Assembly: GCA_050744245.1 (NCBI GenBank)
Contig: JBOGGX010000027.1
Span: 1-54,725 of the forward strand
Direction of reading: 5' to 3'
Source: Acidimicrobiales bacterium
Lineage (GTDB): Bacteria; Actinomycetota; Acidimicrobiia; Acidimicrobiales; JBOGGX01
DNA: 54,725 nt
Below the pieces are notes generated by a model that worked only from the letters and a program-made list of their open reading frames with translations, made no database searches and was not told the origin of the DNA. Both the position numbers and the translations under genes were made by a program. Every line of letters begins with the position of its first letter. Within the stretch, counting starts at the first letter, position 1. Positions 23,058-32,178 of the stretch are shown piece after piece.

Positions 23058-24062
23058 GTGCGAACGATCGACTGGCGCGACGGACGCGTCGTGATCATCG
23101 ACCAGACGCTGCTGCCGCACGAGCTGCGAACGCTCGAGCTCGACTCGGTCGACGAGCTCGTCGCGGCCATCGGTCGCCTCGCGGTGCGGGGCGCGCCGGC
23201 GCTCGGTGCGGCCGGCGCCCTCGGTGTCGCCCTGGCCGTCCGGCAGGCCGAGCGGGAGGAGTGGGACGAGGCCAGGCTGGCGTCGACGTTGCAGCGTCTC
23301 CGGACGGCACGGCCGACTGCGGCCAACCTGGCGTGGGGGGTCGACCGGGTCGCGGCCCGGCTCACGCAGCCGTGGGACGAGGCCGCCGTGCTCGGCGAGG
23401 CGCTCGCCGTCGTCGACGAGGACGTCGCGGCCAATCGCGCCATCGGCGAACGCGGCGCCGACCTCCTGCGCGAGCTGGTCGGCGCGGCGCCGCCCGGCAT
23501 CAGGCTCCACACGCACTGCAACGCCGGCAGCCTGGCCACCGTCGAGTGGGGGACGGCCCTCGGCGTCGTCCGGTCGCTCCATCAACGCCGCCAGCTCGGC
23601 ATGGTCTACGTCGACGAGACCCGGCCGTTGCTCCAGGGCAGCCGGCTCACCGCGTGGGAGCTCGAGGAGCTCGGCGTCGACTACCGGGTGGTGGTCGACG
23701 GCGCCGGGCCGACGGTCATCGCCCGGCGGCTGGTCGACGCGGTGGTGGTGGGCGCCGACCGGATCGCTTCCAACGGCGATGTGGTCAACAAGATCGGCAC
23801 CTACCCCTTGGCCCTGGCCGCGGCCCGGGCGGGCGTCCCGTTCGTCGTCGCCGCGCCGGAGTCGACCGTCGACGGGGCCACGGCCACGGGGGCCGATGTC
23901 GAGATCGAAGCCCGAGCCGACGACGAGGTGTTCGAGTGGTCGGGCGTGCGGGCCGCCCCGCCCGGAGCCCGGGCGCTCAACCTGGCCTTCGACGTCACGC
24001 CGTCCGACTTGGTGACCGCGATCGTCACCGAGGACCGCGTCATTCGGCAGCAGGGGGCCTGA
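23058..24062 (+). CDS. mtnA: S-methyl-5-thioribose-1-phosphate isomerase
   Basis: IDQTLLPHE, AVRGAPALG, THCNAGSLATVEWGTALGV, VDETRPLLQGSRLTAWEL and GADRIASNGDVVNKIGTY are present. Confidence 0.9.
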   Translation: MRTIDWRDGRVVIIDQTLLPHELRTLELDSVDELVAAIGRLAVRGAPALGAAGALGVALAVRQAEREEWDEARLASTLQRLRTARPTAANLAWGVDRVAARLTQPWDEAAVLGEALAVVDEDVAANRAIGERGADLLRELVGAAPPGIRLHTHCNAGSLATVEWGTALGVVRSLHQRRQLGMVYVDETRPLLQGSRLTAWELEELGVDYRVVVDGAGPTVIARRLVDAVVVGADRIASNGDVVNKIGTYPLALAAARAGVPFVVAAPESTVDGATATGADVEIEARADDEVFEWSGVRAAPPGARALNLAFDVTPSDLVTAIVTEDRVIRQQGA

Positions 24063-24065
24063 CCC

Positions 24066-24698
24066 GTGGGTGACTCCGTCGCGCACGGGATGGTAGCGCT
24101 CGGCCGGCGGGTGGTGGCCGCCGGACTCGTCGTGGCGGCCGGCGGAAACCTCGCCGCCCGGCGCCCAGGCGCCGACCAGCTGCTGGTGACCCCCATGGGA
24201 TGGGCCCTCGACGAGCTCGATCCGTCCACCCTCGTTGGCGTGAGGACGGACGGGACCGTCGTCGGCGGGTGCGAGCGGCCGACGAGCGAACTGCCCCTCC
24301 ACCTGGCGGCGTTCACGGCTCGTCCCGATGCCGATGTCTGCGTGCACCTGCACCCACCCATGGCGACGCTCCTCCATGCCCTCGGGCTACCCATACGCCG
24401 GATCACGACCGACCACGCCTACTACCTCAGCCGGCTGGGGGAGGTCGCGTTCCTGCCCCCCGGCTCCGCCGAGCTGGCCGACGCCGTGGCGGCCGAACTC
24501 GCCGGCGCCGATGTCGTCCTGCTGGCCCACCATGGCTGCGTGGTCGTCGCCGACTCGTTCGATCTCGCCTTCAGTCGGGCGGCCAACCTCGAGGCCGCCG
24601 CCGTCGCCACCTACCGGGCGGTCACGCTGGGCGTGCCCGTGCAGGAGGCGTCGGGCGTCGTCTACGGCACGTCGGCCGGCTCGGCCGAGGGGCTGTAG
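24066..24698 (+). CDS. Class II aldolase/adducin-family protein (MtnB-like dehydratase candidate)
   Basis: GGNLAAR..., SELPLHLAAF, VCVHLHPP and LLAHHGCVVVA are present. The gene immediately follows mtnA. Confidence 0.7.
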   Translation: MGDSVAHGMVALGRRVVAAGLVVAAGGNLAARRPGADQLLVTPMGWALDELDPSTLVGVRTDGTVVGGCERPTSELPLHLAAFTARPDADVCVHLHPPMATLLHALGLPIRRITTDHAYYLSRLGEVAFLPPGSAELADAVAAELAGADVVLLAHHGCVVVADSFDLAFSRAANLEAAAVATYRAVTLGVPVQEASGVVYGTSAGSAEGL

Positions 24699-25111
24699 AT
24701 GACCGCGTCGACCAGGCTGGCGATGGCCGAGGCATCGTCGAGCCGATCTCGGCGGTAGGTGCGGCCGGCCACGACCTCGGCCCCCTTGCCCTCCACCAAC
24801 CGGGCCAGCTTCCGCAGCCCCTTGCCCGGGTTGACGGCATAGGTGAGGAAGACACCGACCTGCTTGCCGTCGAGCACGGGGAGGTGCCGGTCGAGCTGGC
24901 GGGCGCTCCCGGGCCGGTGTCCGACGACGATGAGACCGTCACACCAGGTGCCGATGAACACGGCGTCGGCCAGGGCCAGTTCCTTGAAGTCGAAGTCGCG
25001 CACCCGGTACACCCCGACCGCGTGGCCGCGAGCCCCGGCCGCGCCCCCGAGGAGCTCGGCGGCCCTTCGGGTGTTGCCCGTCCGGCTCTCGTAGAGCACC
25101 ACGACCCTCAC
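24662..25111 (-). CDS. Flavodoxin-family protein
   Basis: MRVVVLYESRTGNTRRAAE...AVFIGTW... 149 aa. Convergent 37-nt overlap with the aldolase gene. Confidence 0.7.
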   Translation of the reverse strand: MRVVVLYESRTGNTRRAAELLGGAAGARGHAVGVYRVRDFDFKELALADAVFIGTWCDGLIVVGHRPGSARQLDRHLPVLDGKQVGVFLTYAVNPGKGLRKLARLVEGKGAEVVAGRTYRRDRLDDASAIASLVDAVIYSPSAEPADVP

Positions 25112-25215
25112 CGGGCCGGAGTTGTAGCAGATCCCGTCGATCCCCCGGCAGAAGTCACATCAACTCTGCGTCAACCGACGCAATCGCCGAGGCCGTGCGA
25201 GCGGACCGTTCGGGC

Positions 25216-25757
25216 ATGGTCGGCCACCGCATCACCGTCGCCCTCCTGTTCCTCACGATCCTCGCGCGGTCATCGAGTGGGCGCTCGAGCTCTTCGACCA
25301 AGCCGACCTTCCGCTCCCCGGCATCGACTTCGCCCATCACGAGTCGAGGCGTGACTGCAACGGCAAGCCCGGGTGGCACCTTCGCCGCGAAGCCCGATCC
25401 ACGATCGACATCTGCACCCCGCGCACCGACGAGGTCCTCGAGTTCCTCATCCTCCACGAACTGGGCCACGCGTGGGACAGCCACCACCTCGCCGGTCGCG
25501 AGCGGGCCGCCTTCCTGGATGTCCGCAGGCTGACCGACTGGTGGGGCTCTGACCCCGACCGCTGGCACCAGTACGGCGCCGAGCAGCCGGCCGAGGTCGT
25601 GGTCTGGGCGCTCATGGACCGGCCCATCCGGTCGTCGTACATCCCCGCGCCGTGCAACGAGTGCTCAAATCTCCTCGCCGGCTACCGCGCCCTGACCGGA
25701 CGGCCGCCGTTGCACGGCTACACCGACCTCTGCGGCTCGGGGTCGAGGTGGCCATGA
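25216..25757 (+). pseudogene. Small HExxH metalloprotease-like protein; signal/TM start and catalytic body lie in different frames
   Basis: The frame of ATG 25216 gives MVGHRITVALLFLTILAR (a TM/signal-like segment). The body runs to stop 25755-25757: ...IEWALELFDQADLPLPGIDFAHHES...EFLILHELGHAWDSHHL...YGAEQPAEVVVWALMD... It lies in another frame that is open from 25128 but has no ATG/GTG/TTG before codon about 140. The frame break is near 25260-25272. Confidence 0.5.
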
Positions 25758-25775
25758 CGCCGCTACGTTGGCGTG

Positions 25776-26843
25776 ATGGCCGAGGACGTGGGGCGACATC
25801 AGCCGACCGGTCGATTTTCGATCGTCAGGCTGCCCCGCCACTGGTACGTCGCCTGCCTGTCGACCGAGCTCGACACTACGCCGATCGGCCGGATCGTCCT
25901 CGGCCTGCGCCTCGCCCTGTTCCGGGGACGCGACGGGCGGGCGGTGGCCGTGCTCGACCGCTGCCCGCACCGCAACATGCCGCTCTCCCTCGGCACGGTG
26001 CGGGCCGGAGAGCTCGAGTGCCGGTATCACGGTTGGCGGTTCGACGACGACGGCTTGTGCGTCGCCGTGCCCGGATTGACCGATGACGGGGTCGACAAGC
26101 CCGCCCGCCGGGTCGAGACCTTCCCGATCCTCGAGCGCGACGGTTTCGTGTGGGTCGTCCCCACCCACGATCCGCCGGTCGGCGACGCACCGCTCGCCCT
26201 GCCCAACGTCGACGACGCCGGCTACTCGACCGTCCGCCGCAGCCTCACCGTCGATGCGACCCTTCACGCCGCCCTCGAGAACACCCTCGACGTGCCCCAC
26301 ACCGCCTACCTCCACCGCGGCCTGTTCCGGGGCGGACGGGACCCGGTGCCGATCGAGGTCACCGTCCGCCACGCCGACGACCGGGTCGAAGCCGTCTTCG
26401 TCGGCGAGCCCCGCCCAGAAGGCGCGGCGGCCCGGCTGCTGGCACCCGAGGGCGGCGAGGTCGAGCACGTCGACCGGTTCATCCTTCCGTCGATCGCCCA
26501 GGTCGAGTACCGGCTGGGCGACAACCACCTCGTGATCACGACCGCGTACACGCCGATCGGCGACTTCGAGACCGCGCTGCACGCCGCGGTCACCTTCCGA
26601 TCGCGCCTGCCGGCCGGGCTCGTCCGGGCCCTGGTGACGCCGATCGCGGGCTACATCCTGCGCCAGGACGCCTGGGTGCTGCGCCACCAGACCGCGAACA
26701 TCAGGCGCTTCGGCGGTGAGCAGTTCAGCAGCACCCGCATCGACCTCCTCGGACCGCACATCCTTCGGCTGCTGCGCCGGGCCGAGCGGGGCGAGCCCGC
26801 GGCCGAGCCGCGGCGCGAGGAGCGACTCACGATCCGGCTCTGA
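25776..26843 (+). CDS. Rieske [2Fe-2S] non-heme-iron oxygenase (PaO/KshA-like alpha subunit)
   Basis: Rieske motif CPHRNMPLS...CRYHGWRF, then a mononuclear iron region (NTLDVPHTAYLH). GTG 25773 is an alternative start. Confidence 0.85.
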   Translation: MAEDVGRHQPTGRFSIVRLPRHWYVACLSTELDTTPIGRIVLGLRLALFRGRDGRAVAVLDRCPHRNMPLSLGTVRAGELECRYHGWRFDDDGLCVAVPGLTDDGVDKPARRVETFPILERDGFVWVVPTHDPPVGDAPLALPNVDDAGYSTVRRSLTVDATLHAALENTLDVPHTAYLHRGLFRGGRDPVPIEVTVRHADDRVEAVFVGEPRPEGAAARLLAPEGGEVEHVDRFILPSIAQVEYRLGDNHLVITTAYTPIGDFETALHAAVTFRSRLPAGLVRALVTPIAGYILRQDAWVLRHQTANIRRFGGEQFSSTRIDLLGPHILRLLRRAERGEPAAEPRREERLTIRL

Positions 26844-26849
26844 ACCGGT

Positions 26850-27854
26850 TCAGGCGCGGACAGCGTCGACGACCCTCAGGTAGTTGGCGCCGAGCAGCTT
26901 GGCGACCGCACCCCGACCCACGCCGCGGTCGAGCATGGCCTCGACGAGGCGGGGCAGGGCAAGCACGTCGGCCAGATCGGGTGGAGGCACGATCGTCCCG
27001 TCGAAGTCGCTGCCGATGGCCGCGCAGTCCTCGCCGCCGACCCGGACGACATGTTCGACGTGGCGGGCGACGTCGGCGGCGCGGGCCAGGCGGGCCGGGC
27101 GGGCGAGGAAGCCGCGGTGGAACATGACCCCGACCACGCCGCCCCGGTCGGCGACGGCTCGGATCTGGTCGTCGTCGACGTTGCGCCAGGACGGTTGCTG
27201 GGCCGAGGCACCGGTGTGCGACACGATCACCGGGCGGTCGGGCGGGTGGACGTCGAGCGCGTCCCAGAAGGTGCGGGGGCTGGCGTGGGCCAGATCGAGG
27301 ATGATCGACCGCTCGGCCATGGCCTCGACGACCCGCCTGCCCTCGGCCGTCAGGCCGCCCCGCCCCCCGCTCGGGGCGCTGGTCGATCCGAGCTTCGAAC
27401 GGGTCAGATGGACGAGCGTGATGCGCGACACGTCGGCGAGCTCGGGCCGGCCGAGATCGTCGGCGGTGGTGGCGTTGCCGCCCTGGAGCGCGAGAAAGCA
27501 CGCCAGCCGTCCGTCGGCCCGGGCCCGCCGGTACCCGGCCGTGTCGGACACCACCGCGGCGTCGTTGCCCGCGAGCAGCCGGCGCAGCTGGGCCAGGTTG
27601 CGTTCGAGCGCCGACCTCCGGCCGGTGACCGACCGGAACGGATTGGTCGCGATGCTCATCACCAGACCGGTCACGCCCGCGGCCCGGGCGCGGGGCAGGT
27701 CGGCGTGGCCGAAGTAGCGGTCGCCGAGTGGCGTCCGCTCGTGGGCCACGCCGATCTGGTAGCCGAACAGCCGGGTCCAGATGAAGGACTCGACGTGCAG
27801 GTCGATCAGATCGCTCTCGGCGATGAGCGCGGCGACGTCGTCGCGGACGGTCAA
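26850..27854 (-). CDS. Membrane dipeptidase (peptidase M19 family)
   Basis: IDLHVES..., VIVSHTGASA..WRNVDDDQIRAVADRGGVVGV and GEDCAAIGSDFDG match M19 blocks. Confidence 0.85.
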   Translation of the reverse strand: MTVRDDVAALIAESDLIDLHVESFIWTRLFGYQIGVAHERTPLGDRYFGHADLPRARAAGVTGLVMSIATNPFRSVTGRRSALERNLAQLRRLLAGNDAAVVSDTAGYRRARADGRLACFLALQGGNATTADDLGRPELADVSRITLVHLTRSKLGSTSAPSGGRGGLTAEGRRVVEAMAERSIILDLAHASPRTFWDALDVHPPDRPVIVSHTGASAQQPSWRNVDDDQIRAVADRGGVVGVMFHRGFLARPARLARAADVARHVEHVVRVGGEDCAAIGSDFDGTIVPPPDLADVLALPRLVEAMLDRGVGRGAVAKLLGANYLRVVDAVRA

Positions 27855-27895
27855 TCGAACCCGATGAACCTACCCTGCCGTGCTACGCCTGAGGG

Positions 27896-28900
27896 ATGGC
27901 AGGCATCCTCGTCGGCACCGCATCGTGGACCGACAGGACACTGGTGCGGTCGGGCTGGTATCCGAAGGGCACCACCAGCGCCGAGGACCGCCTGCGGTAC
28001 TACGCCGATCACTTCCCGCTGGTCGAGGTCGACTCGACCTACTACCTCCTGCCGACCACCGAGGTCATCCACGCGTGGATCAACCGCACGCCGGACGACT
28101 TCACCTTCAACGTCAAGGCGTTCTCGCTCCTCACCCAACACCCGACCGACCCGAAGGCACTGCCCGAGGGCGCGGCGCCGGCCGGCAAACGACGCGTCTA
28201 CCTGAGCCACCTCGATCCAGCCGACATCGATGTCGTCTGGGAGAGGTTCACCACCGTGCTCAGGCCGTTGGCTCGGGCGGGCAGGCTCGGCGCCCTGCTG
28301 TTCCAGTTCCCTCCGTGGTTCACGATCAAGCGGGCCAATCGCGACTACGTCGTCGAGTGCGCCGAACGGGCCTCGCCGCTGCCCGTCTGTGTCGAGCTCC
28401 GGAACCACACGTGGTTCGAGAAGGACAACATCGACGAGACGATCGGCCTCTTCGAGCAGCACCGCATCCCGCTGGTCAGCGTCGACACCGTCCCAGGGGA
28501 CAAGGGCTCGGTCCCCCCGCTGGCGGTCGCCACCAGACGCGAGCTCGCCGTGGTGCGGTTCCACGGTCGCGGTCGGGCCAAGCCCGGACTGACGCGCCAG
28601 GCCGCCGCCGCCGACTACTCCTACCCGATGCGCGCGCTCGCGCCATGGGTCGACCGGATCGAGCAGCTGGCCGAAGAGTCCGACACGGTGCACGTCGTCT
28701 TCCGCAACGCGGTCGGTGATCACGCCGTCCGCAACGCCCGCAGGATGACGGAGCTCCTCGCCGACGCCGGGCTCCCCGTCGTCTCACCCCGGCCGGCCGA
28801 CGACGACGAGGAGGAGGACCGAGAGCAGGGCGGCGACCACCACGCCCGCCGCCAGCACGGCGGGGAGTCGGTCGTGCAGCAGCGGCTGCCCGGCACGTAG
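27896..28900 (+). CDS. DUF72 (UPF0759/YecE-like) protein with an unusually long C-terminal tail
   Basis: GTASWTDRTL...WYP...RLRYYADHFPLVEVDSTYY...FQFPPWF. The last 40 or so codons are antisense to the DUF202 gene's TM helices. Confidence 0.8.
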   Translation: MAGILVGTASWTDRTLVRSGWYPKGTTSAEDRLRYYADHFPLVEVDSTYYLLPTTEVIHAWINRTPDDFTFNVKAFSLLTQHPTDPKALPEGAAPAGKRRVYLSHLDPADIDVVWERFTTVLRPLARAGRLGALLFQFPPWFTIKRANRDYVVECAERASPLPVCVELRNHTWFEKDNIDETIGLFEQHRIPLVSVDTVPGDKGSVPPLAVATRRELAVVRFHGRGRAKPGLTRQAAAADYSYPMRALAPWVDRIEQLAEESDTVHVVFRNAVGDHAVRNARRMTELLADAGLPVVSPRPADDDEEEDREQGGDHHARRQHGGESVVQQRLPGT

Positions 28901-29164
28901 CGCCCGCACGTTGTGGCCCCAGCGCCGGTACGAGACCATGGCCACCAGACCGCCGAACGCGACCAGGGGGAGGCCGAGCACCTGTCCCCCGCCGGGCACG
29001 TCGAACTCGGGCAGGAAGGCGGCGACGGCCAACCCCCCGCCGATGAGGGCGAGCGAGGTGCGAATCCAGGCGAGGAACGTCCGCTCGTTGGCCAGGGTGA
29101 AGCGCGGATCGGGCTCCCGGTCGACGTCGGCCGGCGGCGGTTGCTCGGCCCCGGTCCCGGTCAT
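28784..29164 (-). CDS. DUF202 (YidH-like) small membrane protein
   Basis: Starts at ATG 29164 (MTGTGAEQ). RFTLANERTFLAWIRTSLALIGGG is followed by two further TM helices. Confidence 0.7.
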   Translation of the reverse strand: MTGTGAEQPPPADVDREPDPRFTLANERTFLAWIRTSLALIGGGLAVAAFLPEFDVPGGGQVLGLPLVAFGGLVAMVSYRRWGHNVRALRAGQPLLHDRLPAVLAAGVVVAALLSVLLLVVVGRPG

Positions 29165-29187
29165 CGGGAGCCGAGCGTAGGCCGCCG

Positions 29188-29723
29188 GTGCGAACGCAGA
29201 TCGCATCTCCAGGCTGGGATCCACGGCGGAACCTGCGGGGTGACAGACGGCTGAGTGAGTTGGACGACGTCGAATCGATCGAACGCGCCATCGCCGCGCT
29301 CGAGGCGCAGCGACCATCGCTTGGCGACGACGTCGTCGACACGGCGACCGCGCCGTTGCGGGAGAAGCGGGCCACGCTCGTGGCCCGCATGACCGGTGAG
29401 CAGCGCAAGCTGGTCACCGTGGTTTCGAGGCCCGGGCCTTCTGGGTCGGGGCCTCGCCATGCTCCGAGCGTCTGGGACAGAACCGTGAAGTCGACCAGCT
29501 CGAAGGGCAGGCACGCGAGGGAGGGCTCCGGCCCGGCGACGTGTTGTTGACCTGCTGGCAGATCTTGGCCGAGGCCGGCGACCTGCGGGCGGCCGATGCC
29601 CTGGCGGCCGGGCCCGCCTACCTCGACGACTTCGCCGGCCGGATCGACGAGCCCGACCTGCGGTCCGGCTTCCTGCATGACGTCGCGGCCCACGCCGCCC
29701 TGGCCGCGGCCCGGAAGAGCTGA
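29188..29723 (+). pseudogene. Remnant of a large adenylate-cyclase/AAA-ATPase/TPR-type regulator (N- and C-terminal ends only)
   Basis: The N-terminal piece reads IERAIAALEAQRPSLGDDVVDTATAPLREKRATL...GEQRKLVTVV and breaks where the cyclase fold (VTVLFADxxGFT) should continue. The C-terminal piece is in another frame: ...GDVLLTCWQILAEAGDLRAADALAAGPAYLDDFAGRIDEPDLRSGFLHDVAAHAAL. That leaves about 170 codons against more than 1000 in the intact family. Confidence 0.5.
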
Positions 29724-29769
29724 ACTCGACGCACCCAGCACCGGTATGCGGTGCCCAGTGCGTCGAGTT
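29723..29769. repeat. Nested palindromic element, copy B
   Basis: The structure is AACTCGACGCAC (29723-29734), CCA, GCACCG, GTATG, CGGTGC, CCA, GTGCGTCGAGTT (29758-29769). That gives a 12-bp outer stem and a 6-bp inner stem. It starts at the last base of the upstream stop codon. Confidence 0.85.
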
Positions 29770-29789
29770 TGCGTGGTAGTGATGCGTTC

Positions 29790-31325
29790 GTGAAGGTACC
29801 GGTCAGCGTTCTCGACTTCTTGTATCGGGCCGAGCGGGTGTACGGCGATCGGGTGGCCGTCGTCGACGAGCCGGACCAGCCGGCCGAGCCGTGGGGATCG
29901 GTCAGCTACGCCGACATGGCCGAGCGGGCCCGGGCCCAGGCCGCCGGGCTCGACGACCTCGGGGTGGCCCAGGGCGAGCGGGTGGCCGTCGTCAGCCACA
30001 ATTCGGCCCGTCTCCTCACCTCCTTCTTCGGCGTGAGCGGCTGGGGCCGCATCCTGGTGCCGGTCAACTTCCGCCTCAACGCGGCCGAGATCGCGTACAT
30101 CGTCGACCACTCGGGCGCCACCGTCCTGCTCGTCGACCCTGAGCTCCGGGAGGCCCTCGTCGGCGTCCAGGCCAAGCGCACCTTCGTCCTCGGGGCCGAG
30201 AGCGACGAGCGGCTGTACCGCTTCGGCGTCGAGCCGCAGCCGTGGGCGCCGGACGAGGACGCCACGGCCACGGTCAACTACACGAGCGGCACCACGGCCC
30301 GGCCCAAGGGTGTGCAGATGACCTACCGCAATCTCTGGATGAACGCCGTCCAGTTCGGGTGGCACCTCGGCGTGTCGGACCGCGACGTGTACCTGCACAC
30401 GCTCCCGATGTTCCACTGCAACGGCTGGGGCATGCCGTACGCGATCACCGGGATGGGCGCCCGCCACATCGTCCTGCGCAAGGTCGACGGCGCCGAGATC
30501 CTCCGCCGGGTCGAGGCCCACGGGGTCACCCTGCTGTGCGGCGCTCCTGCGGTGTGCGCCGCCATCCTCGACGTGGCGGCGACGTGGGACGGCCCGATCC
30601 CCGGTGCCGGAAGGGTGCGCATCGCCGTCGCCGGCGCACCGCCACCGACCCGCACCATCGAGCGGATCGAGGCCGAGCTGGGATGGGAGTTCATCCAAGT
30701 CTACGGGCTCACCGAGACCTCGCCCATCCTCACCATGGCTCGCCGGCGCGAGGAGTGGGACGAGTTGGACCCGACCGAGCGGGCCAAACGGCTGGCCCGG
30801 GCCGGAGCACCGGTGCTCGGCGCCCGGGTGGCGACGAGCGACGAGGCCGAGGTGACGGCCAGGGCCAACGTCGTGTTCGACGGCTACTGGAACCAGCCAG
30901 ACGAGACGGCCAAGGCCATCAGGGACGGGTGGTTCTACACGGGCGACGGCGGCCACATCGACGACGACCACTACCTGCACATCGAGGACCGCAAGAAGGA
31001 CGTCATCATCTCGGGCGGCGAGAACATTTCGTCCATCGAGGTGGAGGACGTCCTGTTCTCGCACCCGGCGGTGGCCGAGGTGGCGGTGATCGGCGTGCCC
31101 GACGAGAGGTGGGGCGAGACGGTCAAGGCGCTGGTGGTGCGCACCCAGGGATCCGAAGTCGACGAGGCCGAGCTCATCGCCCACTGCCGGGCCCGGCTGG
31201 CCCACTTCAAGTGCCCGACGACGGTCGAGTTCCGAAGCGAGCTGGCCCGCACCGCCACCGGCAAGCTCCAGAAGTTCAAGCTCAGGGCGCCGTACTGGGA
31301 GGGCAGGACCCGTCAGGTCAACTAG
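29790..31325 (+). CDS. AMP-dependent acyl-CoA synthetase/ligase
   Basis: YTSGTTARPKGV, VYGLTETSP, YTGDGGHIDDDHYLHIEDRKKDVIISGGENI and GKLQKFKLR are present. Start set at GTG 29790 because GTG 29751 lies inside the palindrome. Confidence 0.9.
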   Translation: MKVPVSVLDFLYRAERVYGDRVAVVDEPDQPAEPWGSVSYADMAERARAQAAGLDDLGVAQGERVAVVSHNSARLLTSFFGVSGWGRILVPVNFRLNAAEIAYIVDHSGATVLLVDPELREALVGVQAKRTFVLGAESDERLYRFGVEPQPWAPDEDATATVNYTSGTTARPKGVQMTYRNLWMNAVQFGWHLGVSDRDVYLHTLPMFHCNGWGMPYAITGMGARHIVLRKVDGAEILRRVEAHGVTLLCGAPAVCAAILDVAATWDGPIPGAGRVRIAVAGAPPPTRTIERIEAELGWEFIQVYGLTETSPILTMARRREEWDELDPTERAKRLARAGAPVLGARVATSDEAEVTARANVVFDGYWNQPDETAKAIRDGWFYTGDGGHIDDDHYLHIEDRKKDVIISGGENISSIEVEDVLFSHPAVAEVAVIGVPDERWGETVKALVVRTQGSEVDEAELIAHCRARLAHFKCPTTVEFRSELARTATGKLQKFKLRAPYWEGRTRQVN

Positions 31326-31411
31326 TGCCAGCCGGACGGCGGCGAGGGATGCCTCCACGCTGGTCGACGGACCGGGCCCGTGGTTGGGTAGCGGCCGGGA
31401 AGGCGGATGCG

Positions 31412-32175
31412 ATGACGGGGATCGGGATGAGCGGGAGGCACGCGCCCGCCGATCGGGGGCTGGCGGCCCTCTCGATCGTCCTTCGGCGCGCCTGGCGGAC
31501 GCAGTGGCGGACGCTCGGCGTCCTGGCCCTCATGGTCGGCCTGACCGGTGGGCTGGCGGTCGCCGGGCTGGCCGGTGCTCGTCGGTCGGCGTCGAGCATC
31601 GATCGCTTCGGCGACGCGGCCAAGACGCTCGACGTGTTCGTCGCCGGCGACCTCGCCGCGCCCGAGCCCGCCGCGCTGAATGAGCTCCTCGATGGTCCGC
31701 TGGTTGAGAGCTACAACGACCTGGTCTTCCTGTTCGTCCACACCGAAACGGTCGGGTTCTTCTTTGCGGCCACCTCACGGCGAGGCCTCGACGTCGAGCA
31801 GGGGGTGCTGCTCGGTCGGCGAGCCAGCTGGTGCGGCTGATCGACGGGCCCGAGGCGGTCGACGAGTTCACCGACGCCGTCGCCGAGGCCTACGGAGGCG
31901 AACACCTCCCGAGCATCAACGTCGGTCAGGGCGAGGAGTCCGTCCGCGACTCGATCTCGGTCGTTACCGGAGCGGCCGTCCTGCTCTACGACGAACAGGT
32001 CACGTTCAACGGCGTCGAGGCCATCACCATGACACGCGACCCGTGAAGAGCGCCATCGCGCCCACCATCATCGAGGGCCGCGAGCCGCGGGCCCCGACGA
32101 GATCGCCGTGGGCCGCGACACCCTCGTCGCCGTCGCCGTGCCCCTCGGCACGACCGTGAGCGTCGGCTCCAGGAG
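31412..32175 (+). pseudogene. FtsX/MacB-like ABC permease, fragmented 5' remnant
   Basis: Frame a reads LRRAWRTQWRTLGVLALMVGLTGGLAVAGLAGARRSASSIDRF (typical N-terminus plus TM1) and stops at 31840. Frame b (31831-32046) and frame c ([29 protein letters not shown]) carry further extracytoplasmic-domain-like pieces. No FtsX TM bundle follows. Confidence 0.5.
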
Positions 32176-32178
32176 CAA

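Noticed and set aside
25167-25182. Hairpin TGCGTC-AACC-GACGCA preceded by AACTC, considered as a possible third, rearranged copy of the CTCGACGCA/TGCGTCGAG element.
   Set aside because: It shares only hexamers, the arm order is inverted and the geometry is different. I cannot distinguish it from chance.
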